64,000 nucleotides of DNA from Octopus sinensis (GCF_006345805.1 NW_021833603.1:11469-75468); one strand, 5' to 3'; positions 1 through 13,767 are shown, counted from the stretch's first letter. Notes: a model not told the origin generated them from the letters alone. A program made the numbers and translations.

Positions 1-1529
1 TTTACATCAATTTGAAAGAAATCATTCTCGTCGGATGAACGCATAGACTTCAAACATAAAGTATAAACATTTTTTTTAATAAATGCACATCAATAATGGA
101 AAAAAAATATTAACATTGTTTCCTTTTGTTATATCTCTGGCAGATTGAATTTATAAAAAAAATAATGCATACCTTGTTAAGCCTACTATAATTTAGAGTG
201 TAGCAGAAGGAATAGTGGAACGTCAAGATAACAGGAGTGGTGATGTAGTTACTTAGCTTTAGAAAACCTTATGTAGTATGTAGTCTTCAGCCATTTAGAA
301 TTAAATCCATAGAGAGTTGCCTAGTAAATGGGGATATATCAATTAATGTCAATCAACTATACTGGAACCATATATATAGCTTTATCTACATAAGAGGGTA
401 CGTTGTTAGGCTGGTAGTAAGAAAATGTCTGATGGGAAGGGGTGATAACTGGAAGAAAGAAGGATAGGCTTGGCCAATACTTAGATTATCAAATAAAGAA
501 GAAGATAATGAAAAACCAAAAGAGATAAGTCATAAACTTTAGTGGTGAAAATTAGAATTGAAGGATATGGAAGGCAGTAATTTATAACTTAGCAAATTTA
601 TAATATTAAATTGAGAAAATTTAAATCAATATATAGAATAAGGATAGAAATTAAACTTAGAACCTAATAATGGGATACTTTAGTATATAAGAAAAAAAAA
701 GAATATTCTAAGTATATTGTTTAGAAAGTCATGATAAAGACATTCTAAATAAATATATAAAAGGAATTAGATTATCATACGGGTAGACGTACACAGTATA
801 TATTAGAGCAATAAAAAGAACTATTCTCTTCATTACGGGTGGATAAGCATAAGATATTGTAAAATACGGTATCGAATATAAAGGGTAATTGAATTAGAGG
901 TATTGTTTCCGAATTACTCCCTTATACATTTAGTATACCTGTAATTCTGAAACATTAAGTAACGTAGGCGCAGACAAACCAACACTGGTTGTCAATCAAT
1001 GGTGATGGAGAAAAACAAAGACACACACACATACACACAGATATATTTATGTATGTAACTAGCTTCCACTCAGTTTCCATCTACCAATTCACTAACAAGG
1101 CATTGACCTACCCGGTGTTACAGTAAAACACACTTGCCCAAATGTGCCGCGAAGTGGGACAGGACCCGAAATCACGTGGACGCAAACCGAGCCTCTTAAC
1201 TGCACGGGCTTCCTGTGCTTATGCGTGTATATTGCGTATTTATTTGTGCAGTGTTCTTGATACAGAATTTGATTATTCATTACATTTAAATGTGATATTA
1301 TGTTAATTACGTAATTAAATAGTAATGATGTTTTACTCTACGGAAACAGCTGTAGAAAACAATTAATTATGCAACACATAAAAATTTCAAGCTATTCTGC
1401 CGTTTACTATTCTATTTATATTCCTCTCAACTACCAGAGTAGCCCATAGTGTATGTACACGCAAATTTATTCCATGAATATTTATTACATTGTAATTGTA
1501 TTTATTGCACTGTATTAGAGTTTAACTTA

Positions 1530-1567
<38 letters not shown>

Positions 1568-1757
1568 TGGTGGTGTAGACAACAAACAGATGTATTAGTT
1601 TAACGCTCGGGAAGTGAAAAAGTCTTTAACATTTCGAGCCCACAGAAAGGAACACAGAAAGAAAGAAGGAGAGAAAATAAAGAATGTGTGGCTAGCGATC
1701 TATCATGGCGAATATATTTACATTAGACGGATATTTGTTCTCATCTTGTTTTTTGTT

Positions 1758-1803
1758 AACACAACGTTTCGGCAGATATACCCTCCAGCCTTCATCAGGT
1801 GTC
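1758..1803 (-). ncRNA. Minimal type I hammerhead ribozyme (Penelope-type)
   Basis: Minus strand GACAC-CUGAUGA-AGGCUG...CUGCC-GAAAC-GUU-GUGUU: intact core, stem I GACAC/GUGUU, palindromic AACGUU stem III. Confidence 0.7.
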
Positions 1804-1997
1804 TTGGGAGAAATTTCGAACCTGGGTTCTCATTCCTAAGGTATTTTTCGATGTTGTTGTTATCATTATTATTGCCTGTGGGCAATTATGGAGTGAATTT
1901 TAGGGCTTATAAATCCTGAATAATAATATTCAGTGACCTGAATAATAACAACAACAACAACAACAACAACAACAATAATAATAATAATAATAATAAT

Positions 1998-2484
1998 AAA
2001 TGCCCTGATGCAGTACCAGGCAGTGGCTCTCGTGGCTTCTGATCTTAACTGATTGGAAGTGTTATCATGTACATTGTTTTGTCTTGGTATAAAAAATGGG
2101 CTACAGCAAATATTCTGCTCAATACCACAGATTTGCTTGTCAGTTGTTTGACCTTAACCAGTTGAGCATGTCCCTTAGTGGCTGGCGATATGTGCATCTC
2201 TGATCACGAGCAGAATTAGTGGGGGAGCATCATAGCCATGTGTTGAGAGGGATTCTTTGGGGGTTTGACTAATTCACCTCTGGAAACATGGGTGGTTCTT
2301 TCAACATCCTTAAACAACCCTTATTCAGGGACCTTTTGAGCGGGATGGGCTACTCAACCTGAAGAAAATTCTAATTGGGTCCCACCTGCAAGGTCATGTG
2401 CTGTTTATCTTGATATGATATCACCATATCGCGCACACATGGTCGTGATGCATGTGCCTAGTGTACCCTTATCAGACAGGTAGT
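1998..2484 (+). mobile_element. Non-coding dispersed repeat attached to (AAT)n; second copy at 37525-38040
   Basis: High similarity between the two copies over about 400 bp; begins after, or ends in, (AAT)n. Confidence 0.75.
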
Positions 2485-3221
2485 CTATAGCGGAAGACAC
2501 TTGCCCAAGGTGCCACGCAGTGGAACTGAACCTAGAACCATGTGATTGGGAAGCAAACTTCTTACCTCACAACTACGCTTGCGCCTGATACACATATATG
2601 TATGTGTGTGTGTGTGCGCGTGTGTGTGAGTGTGCGTGTGTGTGTGAGTGTGTGTGTGTGTGTGGTGTGTGTGTGTGCGTGTATGTGTGTGTGCCTGTGT
2701 ACATATATATAGGCAGCTAAGGTATAGATGCATACATACATACATACATACACTTATACAAGCATACATGCATATGTCTGCGATCTGTATGCACATAACG
2801 GTGCGTCGAAGTGCATTCAGTTAATTCAAAAGGTATCTTCGCCACTCGATAACAAGAGATCAATTAGAGAAATATCAAACATGCACAAGTATTGACGTGG
2901 ATACGATCAACTATAAACTTTTACAGGCGTTGCCCTAACATGACCTTTACTTCATTGACTGATGCCAGCAAAAGCAGATGTCATCGAATTCGATTAAATA
3001 TTTCAATTCAGCGTGTATCGATTATGTCATCCAGTATGTTGTCACACTTTAGAATTGTGTAACCTACATTTATGAAGATAATTTCTTTACAGGTTTCATA
3101 ACATTATAAATGATAGACCTAGAGTGCAAAGAAATGTATTTTAAACCTTCACAACTATATTTTATTTTCTAGAGTGTGTAATTTTCTTAGATCGCCATAC
3201 GTACGGTGAAGCAAGAATCAA

Positions 3222-3530
3222 AAACGTTTCGGCAGATTCGAACCTGAATATACTAATCACTGTTTTTTTTGTTTTTTTTTTGTCACAGGAGAATAGCTTC
3301 TTTACAATGAATGTGTGTTCATAACATACTCGATTCATTAGCACAAGGGATTCTGAACACCCTGAACTAATGAATTTATAAAGAGCCGATGCTTTGTTTA
3401 TAGCTTCAGCCATTCCAAAATCCGTTGCCTTAATGAATTGAGTGTTATAAATGTACATTCGTCAAAAAGTTGTTCTCCTGTGACAAAATATAACAAAATA
3501 TTGATGTCCGAATCTGCCGAAACGGTTAAA
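3222..3530. mobile_element. Degenerate MITE with ~90-bp inverted ends
   Basis: cgtttcggcagattcg...tttgtcacaggagaa and ttctcctgtgacaaa...cgaatctgccgaaacggttaa. Confidence 0.55.
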
Positions 3531-4733
3531 TAATGAATATGCATGTCATCTTTTTCTTGCCTATTCCAAATGTCAGTGGTCCAGTTAAATCAACTCCAAT
3601 GCTGGATCAAGTTTTCGTCATTCAAATATTATCTTCGACTACCGATGAGTTTTCTTTCGTAAAACAAAACTGGACCAAAGCAGGCTGTAATTCAGAAATA
3701 CAGTAAGTACTCATTCTCTCTGTTACTACCGGCAATCGAACGTGACTCGCTTTTTCCATCTTTACCTGTATAATATTGCTAACCTAGACGTCACAGTGCA
3801 GCAAATAAAAGAATTGTTGTTTTCACTTTCTTTGTCTATGTGCAATTATCGATCTGACCGTAGCGAATGCATTCTTAAGTTTCCGGTGCTGAAGTTGGCA
3901 GAAATAAAAGGAAGCCAGACGTCTAATAAAAAGAATAACACCAAACAGGAAAAATCGAAGAAAAGGGAAAAAACATTCTACACGACCATTTCACAAAATC
4001 GTTAGTGCGTTTCAGTAAAACAGTCGGCGGTATTTGTTCCGTCTTTTAAAATTTTAAGTTCAAATCCAGCCAAGATGAAATTCGCATTCCATTGCTATGG
4101 GCTCGATAAAATAAAGTATCAGTAAAAAAAACTGGTTTCGATATAAAGGAGTAACACTCCTCGCCCAAATTTCATGCTTTGTGTATGATTTAGAACCATG
4201 GAGAAAATGCCTTGTGATATTTAATTGCGGCTCTCTACGTTCTGAACTCAAATTTCACCGACGTTAACTTTGACTCCCGGAGTCGATAGTAGAGAGAAAA
4301 CCTTTCCTCTTAAAACTGCTGACTTTTGTGAGTATTTACAAATACGCCGAAACAAATAAAAGATTAAAAAAGATGAATATATTTACATAATAAAGCCATT
4401 TCCTCTAGCGATATCAGTTACTATGCAATAGTATACAGTATACAGATATCATGACTATGCAAATCTGGTTCACCAATTTGATAAAAAAGATAATAATTGT
4501 CTAAGGAATTTGCGACAAGAGCTTAGATAATTTTTCTTACTAACGTAGGTAAATCTGAGTGGTTAACAGTTTCGATTTTGCGACCTCAAGGTTTAGAGTG
4601 GTAAACTACCACTGCACGACACTTTGGGCAACTAACTTGTGTTGTCCGATACTTTGGTAGACGGAAATGATTAAAAGTCCGTTTCTTCCCCACCACACAT
4701 ACACACAAACATACACGCACACGCACACACACG

Positions 4734-4778
<45 letters not shown>

Positions 4779-4779
<1 letters not shown>

Positions 4780-5018
4780 CTAATAAGGATAAAATTTCTT
4801 TTGAAAAAAATTTTATCAATGGCCAGCATATTAAAAAATACCTTTAAAGGTTAAATTTATAAACAATTCATAAATAAGGGCAAAGGAAAAAATTTCAAAT
4901 GCCAAATATGCCGAAAAATTGTACATATTGTCCATTAACCATATAATTTCTTCACAAAGCGCACGCTACTCGAAAAAAGGCCGACCGAAATTTCTAAAAA
5001 ATTCCATGAATTGTTTAT

Positions 5019-5049
<31 letters not shown>

Positions 5050-5282
5050 CTAATGAGGATAAAATTTCTTTTGAAAAAAATTTTATCAATGGCCAGCATA
5101 TTAAAAAATACCTTTAAAGGTTAAATTTATAAACAATTCATAAATAAGGGCAAAGGAAAAAATTTCAAATGCCAAATATGCCGAAAAATTGTACATATTG
5201 TCCATTAACCATATAATTTCTTCACAAAGCGCACGCTACTCGAAAAAAGGCCGACCGAAATTTCTAAAAAATTCCATGAATT

Positions 5283-5286
<4 letters not shown>
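4779..5286 (+). repeat. Tandem pair of near-identical ~238-bp units in (TA)n; diverged inverted copy at about 57730-57895
   Basis: 4779-5016 versus 5049-5286. Confidence 0.9.
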
Positions 5287-5321
<35 letters not shown>

Positions 5322-5524
5322 TGTGCGTGTGTGTGTGTGTGTATGTGTGTGTGTGTGCGCGTGTTTATAGAGTGTTTTAGGTTTATATAAAGCAACAAAC
5401 CGTACGTGTCGCAACAAAAGAAGTAGACTTCAATATCATTGAAACGGAGGACTATTCTTAATATAAAATCCTGCGCCTATATGGATATATGGATATGGAT
5501 ATAACGTAGAAGAGTATGAAACCG

Positions 5525-6035
5525 GATAATGTAAAACAATGGTTTAAGGTAAATGAGTGAGGCACTGACATAACGTAGGGGAATGAAATACTAGTATAAG
5601 GTGAGTAAGACACTGGTATAAAGTAGGAGAATAAGACACTGGTATAACGAAGGAGAGTAAGACACTGGAATGAGGTAGGAGAGTAAACCAGTGGTATAAG
5701 GTGGGAGAGTAAGACATTGGTGTTAGGTAGAAGGTAAGGCACTGGTATAATGTAGGATAGTAAGACATTGGTATAATGCAGGAGAGTAAGAGATTGGTGT
5801 TAGGTAGAAGGTAAGACACTGGTATAATGTAGGATTGTAAAACATTGGTATAACGCAGGAGAGTAAGATATTGGTATAAAGAAGGAGAATAAGATACTGG
5901 TGCAGCGTAGGGGAGTAAGACATTGGTATAACGAAGGAGAGTAAAACACTGGTATAACAGAGTACGACACTGGTGGTATAACGTAGGAGAGGGAGACATC
6001 GGTATAACGCAGGAAGTGAGACACTGGTATAACGA
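5525..6035. repeat. Minisatellite, ~26-bp unit (GTAAGACACTGGTATAACGTAGGAGA), ~19 copies
   Basis: Periodicity read directly. Confidence 0.9.
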
Positions 6036-7880
6036 AAGAATTATCCAGTAAAATTTTTTTGCTAGTTTATTTTGTCTCTCTGTCTACTTTCCTAGTGCTA
6101 TATGAACATTTAATGTGGCTTTAGGGTCAGGTTTTGACTGCTATTTCAGCGTGGTGGTATCTCTCAGATATCCTAATTTATAATTTTAAATAATTATTAC
6201 CTTTGTAAGGTTTTCATTCCAAGGCTGGCCACTTGATAAGATCGATATTTAAATATCGATCTTATTCTTATTTATAAATATAAATATATATATATATATG
6301 TGTGTGTGGGGGGTGGGGTGAGTGTGTGTGTGTGTGTGTGTACGTATGTATGTGTTTAAGTAAGTATGTATATATGTATGTATGTCCGAGTGTTTTTCAC
6401 CTCCACCACCGCCTTAACATTTATATCTCCCGTCTGGTGTGTTATTGAGAAGAATATAGTTCAACCAGTTTCATTCATTTCAGAATGATATATTCAACAA
6501 ACATGAAGGAAATTTACCATAGAAAACCACCTTTGACTAAGGAAAAGAATTTAAAGCGACATTCTTTAAATTCTCTCTATATATATGTTGTATTTTCCAT
6601 TCGAAATAGGTAAATTTATGACGCATAAAACTGTTATACACCAGATATACAGTGACCGCCCAATTAGAGCACAGCAAATATAGATTTTCTCCCCATTTTT
6701 CTCTCTCTCTCTTTCTACATTTCTCTTTCTTTTCCTTTGTTCACTGATGGTCTCATCTCAAGGTAAATAGGCCATACTGTGGCCGAATTTTTCATTCCTT
6801 GACTTCGTACCAAGATTGTCTCAAGTGATGGATATTACTTCAAATGGATTATTAAATGTTATTGTTTGTTTATTTATAGGCCTAGACATGTCTTCGAGGT
6901 TAAGAAGAAGAAGAGAAGGAGAGAAGAAAACACAATCGTATTTGCGTTAACAGCACGCTAACTACTACACGACAAGTTCAGCTACACAAGTTCTTAGTTA
7001 CCTGATCCTCTGATGTGCATAATAGTTTCTCAACTTATCTAATTATCAGGCCGAGATTATCTTACCTAAATGAAGCTTAGATTGTCGTTTGGAATTTCCA
7101 CCTTAATTAATAGCTGCTATATTATTGCTCGGAATTTCCAAATTCACTTGCTGCAGTGTTGAGTAACTATTATGTCAGAGGGTCGACTTGCTAAGAAACT
7201 TGAGTAAGCTACATTTTAAGCATTTCACCCCATTAATTTGGATGTTTACGTGCATTTGTAGTAACTCTAGTTGCTAACCGTGAGCCATTAAGACACTATC
7301 AGCTTCTCGAATTCCTTCGTAATTTCGATATGTGGAAAACTGTGTATCTTTCGATGCCAATAAATCGCCATTGTTCTCTAACGTACATTATCCAGTAATT
7401 GTTCTAATACCTGCCAAACTGCAAGAAACTAACAAACTAGCTACACTTGGATCCTTGGATCTTACACCTGCATAGCGAAATACCGATATATATGTATATA
7501 TGTACTTTTACTGCTTATATTTTGTACTGTCGTTACTGTCCTGTTTTTGTTACCATTTTTACCCCTCTGCAAAAAGATCTCAAATTTTATTTGATTTGCT
7601 TTCCGCAGGAAGGAAAGTTTCTATCAAAGATGCGTCTCGCCTTCACTTTCGAAACGCAAAGTAGATGAAACCATGGCGACTGAAGAAGGAGTTTTTTCCT
7701 TGTGTTATTTGTCCTGTACTCTATTTTTTTGTTAAGTAAAATGTCCAGTTCCTTGGGTTTGTGTCTATGTTTTCGTTTCTCATTATGTTCGATGTTTTTG
7801 TTGGTGTTCTGTACTCATATATGCGTGTATATATATTAATGTAGAGGTAGGGAGTACATATATGCATATTTTATTTATTA

Positions 7881-7927
<47 letters not shown>

Positions 7928-8206
7928 TATATATAGTTAATCCAAATATGAAAACACAAAGAGAAAAGACAACAACGCGAGAACGTGGAACAAGTATAGT
8001 ATTATTGGACGCTCAGGAAAAAGGAAAAGAAGGAGGGTCTAACGGAGCTCTTCGCCAGAAACACAGGAAAAGGAAAGGTCCAAAGAAAGGAAGACGGAGG
8101 GAAAAATCGCCAAAGGTACACACGCGGTCACATACATACATACATACATACATACATACATACGTACATACACACACACACACACACACCACACACACAC
8201 ACACAC

Positions 8207-8251
<45 letters not shown>

Positions 8252-8297
8252 CTAATAGTGGTTTTGTCTCTAATTTAATATAAGATATATATATATA

Positions 8298-8695
8298 GGC
8301 GCAGCAGTGGCTGTGTGGTAAGTAGCTTGCTAACCAACCACATGGTTCCGGGTTCAGTCCCACTGCGTGGCATCTTGGGCAAGTGTCTTCTGCTATAGCC
8401 CCGGGCCGACCAATGCCTTGTGAGTGGATTTGGTAGACGGAAACTGAAAGAAGCCTGTCGTATATATGTATATATATATGTGTGTTTATGTGTCTGTGTT
8501 TGTCCCCCTAGCATTGCTTGACAACCGATGCTGGTGTGTTTACGTCCCCGTCACTTAGCAGTTCGGCAAAAGAGACCGATAGAATAAGTACTAGGCTTAC
8601 AAAGAATAAGTCCCGCGGTCGATTTGCTCGACTAAAGGCGGTGCTCCAGCATGGCCGCAGTCAAATGACTCAAACAAGTAAAACAGTAAAAGAGT

Positions 8696-8743
<48 letters not shown>

Positions 8744-9064
8744 GTGTATATATATATATAGATATATATGTATATATACATACATATATGTATATATTAT
8801 ATATTTGTATATATATATAGTGTCTTAATGGCTCACGGTTAGCAACTAGAGTTACTACAAATGCAAGTAAACATCCAAATTAATGGGGTGAAATCCTTAA
8901 AGGCGCAGCAGTGGCTGTGTGGTAAGTAGCTTGCTAACCAACCACATGGTTCCGGGTTCAGTCCCTCTGCGGGGCATCTTGGGCAAGTGTCTTCTGCTAT
9001 AGCTCCGGGCCGACCAATGCCTTGTGAGTGGATTTGGTAGACGGAAACTGAAATAAGCCTCTCG

Positions 9065-9097
<33 letters not shown>

Positions 9098-9316
9098 TTG
9101 TGTGTCTGTGTTTGTCCCCCTAGCATTGCTTGACAACCGATGCTGGTGTGTTTCCGTCCCCGATACTTAGCGGTGCGGCAAAAAAGACCGATAGAATAAG
9201 TACTGGGCTTACAAAGAATAAGTCCCGGGGTCGATTTGTTCGACTAAAGGCAGTGCTCCAGCATGACCGCAGTCAAATGACTGAAACAAGTAAAAGAGTA
9301 AAAGAGTAAAAAGAGA
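8298..9316 (+). mobile_element. Two tRNA-headed SINE family A copies (8298-8695 and 8902-9316); further copies at about 960-1215, 2485-2585, 14430-14575, 35400-35630, 41600-41930, 54615-55030
   Basis: A box TGGCTGTGTGG, B box GGTTCAGTCCC, internal (TA/TG)n, (GTAAAAGA)n tail. Confidence 0.85.
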
Positions 9317-9949
9317 GTATGTATATATATATATATGTATATACATATATGTATATATATATACGAAAGAAGGTTTGAAAATGCAATTTAAAAGATGTTT
9401 ATTTACTTTACCGGTTTCACTCTTTGGAAAAAGATTGTCAAAAGTAACATGTGGAAGTTTGGTTGCGTTAATTATTTGTCGTTTCAAATCGCTACATTAC
9501 ATATATATATACAGTCTTTGGTAACAGGGACATGTTAAGGACATAAAAAAGTTCAACAAGTTCCTTAAAATATTGGGCAAAAAAGATTACATAAATAATC
9601 GTTTTCAAGGACATACTTAAGATAGTTTCCAGAAGGAATTGATATTGGTACTGTATCTGTATATTGAAACATGCACAGAATATTGGTTGACACAGAGTAC
9701 TATAATCCATATAAATATACATTCTTTGGTGACAACAGTATGTTGAGAATATAAAAAAGTTTAACAAGCTCATTGAAATAATGGGCAGAAAAGGTTAAAA
9801 CAAATATATTATACATCTCAAGGTAATTTATATATATATACATATACATACATGCATAATACATAAATACATACATACATACGTACAGAGATACATACGT
9901 ACATACATACATACATACATACATACATACATACATACATACATACATA

Positions 9950-10430
9950 CGAGGGTAACCCCAACAGTAAGGTCTCCAAAAATATTTAGAAATCACAGAA
10001 ATATTTATTGTCAATGATGTTTACATTATTTTAAAGTTTGAACCATTTATCTATTTTTCTACATAATCCAGAGTGATTCGCCGATTTTCACGCAGGAATT
10101 GCCCAAACATCGCAACTGCCTCGTCGGAAATTAATAGTCGCCTGCGTCTTTCTTCATCATGTATTTGAGTACGACAAGCTGCAAATTCCCTATACCACTG
10201 GCGGACGTTTTTGACATCCATGCACGACTCACCATACACTTACGGTTAAATGACTTTTGCGTTAAAAAATCGAATAACTGCGCGATTTTACACATGGCAG
10301 TAGCATCAAGTGGTAGCTCCAGCAGATACAACTGATACAAGCCAAGACTTAGCGTAGCAGCCAGGTACTCGCAGGGGCAGACGCATGCACAACAAACACA
10401 ATGGTGTTGCCAAGAGCCGCACGAACATTT
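9950..10430 (-). mobile_element. Mariner remnant (transposase N-terminal HTH)
   Basis: YGESCMDVKNVRQWYREF...HDEER...ENRRIT; TA|CGAGGG end at 9948-9955. Confidence 0.8.
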
Positions 10431-10489
10431 TCCCTTCGTCCCCAGCGTTTTTGTTAAATATTGTTATTGTTTTTGCTCAATAAAATTTG

Positions 10490-10525
10490 TTGAAAAAATT
10501 CGCAATAGTTATGCACCAACCCAAT
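10490..10525 (-). mobile_element. Hsmar1/MADE1-like mariner TIR
   Basis: TATTGGGTTGGTGCATAACTATTGCG on the minus strand. Confidence 0.6.
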
Positions 10526-12124
10526 ATATATATATATAATATATAATATACTATAATATAAATATATGCATGCATACATACATATATGTACATACATATA
10601 TATGTATATATACATGCATATCTGGGTACAGGACATCAAAAACGTTGAACACAATGAGAAACGAGAACATAAAATCAAAGACATTAAAAACGAACTTTTG
10701 TTTCAAACAACGAAAAAATAACCCCAGAAAAACGAGGCATAAAAAATAATCCCCTTCATCAGTTGTCCCTCTTTCATCTACTCCGCGATCGAAGGTAAGG
10801 ACAAGACGCGACTTCGTTGAAACAATCCTTCCCGCAAAGCAAATTAAATAAAATTTGGGATTTTTTGCGGAGGGTGAAAGTGGTAAGAAGAACAGGACAG
10901 TGAGAGCAAGTCAGTAAAAGCAAACGTTGAGTGCTGTTAAGCCGAGACGATAGAAAAATTATCGTAATTATTACGATAAAACTTACTTGGAAATGTGTGT
11001 GTATGCGTGTGTCTGTGTGTGAGTCTGTTGTGTGTGTAAGATAAAATGCGTAAAGTCCGTCCCTACTGAGCAGATTTAACTTCTTTCATCTGCTCTTGGT
11101 GTACTTCTAACTTCTAATTTGCTAAAGGTTCTCTAAGGTCTTTGTAATACTGTTGCATTACAATAGCATGGGATGACGTTCACTTATTACACTGACTAAT
11201 ATGTATGCATATCAGAGAGAGTTTGTGACTGGAAAAAGCATATAGTATTTTGCAAGGGAAATGAGTTTTAATCACTAGCCTGATGATCATCACACACTGA
11301 AGATGGGCAACTACTCAGAAACTCGGGTTTGTGAGTATCACAAAAAGCTAGAGACGGGAGCGATGACCTCCCCTCGTAAATACTAATCAGACACAGTCAG
11401 CATGTCTTTAGTCAGCTAGAGGAGATGTGTTCTTGGGGCTAAAAACAACAGTAATATCGTTCTAATCCACACACAAGGCCTTGGTCAGCTCGAGACTGTA
11501 TAGAAGATACTTGCCTAAGGTACCACGCGGTGGGCCTCAACCTGATACCATGTGGTTGGAAAGCAAACTTCTTATCACACAACCATTCATATATATATAT
11601 ACATATATGAATGTATGCACTTACATGTGCATACTTAGGAACATAAGGAGCTTAAGAGGAAATCGTCCAATGAAAATAACATACAATTCTATATATCTCC
11701 GCCAACAATTCACCAAATTTTATCTTTAAAACGAATATATACATACATGTATATGCATATGTATACGTATGTATGTATGTATGTATGTATGTATGTATGT
11801 ATGTATGTATGTATGTATGTATGTATGTATGTAGGTATGTATGCATGTATATAAAGAAAGCCATTGGAGAAAAACATTACTTACAAACGACATTACGAAC
11901 AAGAGTATCAAGATTGAAAATATAAGTGAGTTGATTTATGCTTTTACTTCGCTTTGTTTAATTAATGTTAGTGTTTGCTCGTCAAATCCCGATGGATATT
12001 TTTTCTCTTCTATTGTTAATACACTTTCGCACCGCTGCCATTTTCCGGCAGCTTAATTTCGTAAGGTCTACATAAATTATACTCCTGAATACAGTTAAGT
12101 GACCTGAACTATTAATAACTGCTT

Positions 12125-12198
<74 letters not shown>

Positions 12199-12387
12199 CT
12201 TGTGATGATGATGGTGGTGGTGCTGGTGATCATTGTTTTGTTGTTGATCCCCACGTCTACTCTCATTGAATATGCCTACGACGAAATCTCCTTTAGCTGT
12301 TACTATCCTGTATTGTTTTATTTTTTGAGTCATAGTATATGTGCGACTACCTTATCCAATACGTCTTTCATTTTCAAGTCGACAGTG

Positions 12388-13540
12388 TGATTTGAGAGAT
12401 ATTTCAGCCGCTACATCTAGGAGAACATAAGACACAACAAATGAGGCACTACTTTGTCAAATGTGTTTTCCCCTATAAAACCCGAAGGTAGGATTTGAGA
12501 GAGATTTCGGCCGCTACATCTAGGAGAACATAAGACACAAATGAGGCACTACTTTGTCAAATAGGTTTTCCCCTATAAAACCCGAATGTAGCATTTGAGA
12601 GATATTTCGGCCGCTACATCTAGGAGAACATAAGACACAAATGAGGCACTACTTTACTACTTTGTCAAATAGGTTTTCCCCTATAAAACCCGAAGGTAGT
12701 ATTTGAGAGATATTTCGGCCGCTACATCTAGGAGAATATAAGACACAAATGAGGCACTACTTTACTACTTTGTCAAATAGGTTTTCCCCCACATCTACAT
12801 AAGTCTCAAATGAGGCACTACTTTACTACTTTGTCAAATAGGTTTTCCCCTATAAAAACCGAATGTAGGATTTGAGAGAGATTTCAGCCGCTACATCTAG
12901 GAGAACATAAGACACAAATGAGGCACTACTTTACTACTTTGTCAAATAGGTTTTCCCCTATAAAACCCGAATGTAGGATTTGAGAGATATTTCGGCCGCT
13001 ACATCTAGGAGAACATAAGACACAAATGAGGCACTACTTTACTACTTTGTCAAATAGGTTTTCCCCTATAACAACCGAATGTAGGATTTGAGAGATATTT
13101 CGGCCGCTACATCTAGGAGAACATAAGACACAAATGAGGCACTACTTTACTACTTTGTCAATAGGTTTTCCCCTATAAAACCCGAAGGTAGTATTTGAGA
13201 GATATTTCGGCCGCTACATCTAGGAGAACATAAGACACAAATGAGGCACTACTTTACTACTTTGTCAAATAGGTTTTCCCCTATAAAACCGGAAGGTAGG
13301 ATTTGAGAGATATTTCGGCCGCTACATCTACGAGAACATAAGACACAAATGAGGCACTACTTTACTACTTTGTCAAATAGGTCTTTCTCTATAAAACCGG
13401 AAGGTAGGTTTTGAGAGAGATTCCAGCCGCTACATCTAGAACATAAGACACAATAAATGAGTCACTACTTTGTCAAATAGGTTTTCCCTATAAAACACCA
13501 AGGTAGAATTTGAGAGAGATATTGGCTGTTACTTCTAGCA
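12388..13540. repeat. Tandem array, ~108-bp unit, ~10.5 copies
   Basis: atttgagag recurs at about 12593, 12701, 12870, 12978, 13086, 13194 and 13301. Confidence 0.93.
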
Positions 13541-13767
13541 GGTTAAATTACCACCTTGAGGTAGTCTCAGTCTGCACACTAAATGTATATCAAACATAGG
13601 AATGTTATACATTCCACAAATAATGTGCACATATTGAATTGCAATTATATCGAGTGTTAGATATTTCAGCACAATATAAATCAACCAGTTTTTATAGACA
13701 AGCAAGTAACCTATTTACGAAAGAAAAGTAAAACGTGTATAAAATATCGACAAACTATATTTTAAAC

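Noticed and set aside
200-960. Possible old LINE fragment (also 20240-20740 and 52480-52900)
   Set aside because: Composition is suggestive but I could read no diagnostic motif.
12388-13540. CRISPR-like or retrozyme array
   Set aside because: Units are contiguous with no unique spacers, there are no cas genes, and no CUGANGA/GAAA core was seen on either strand.
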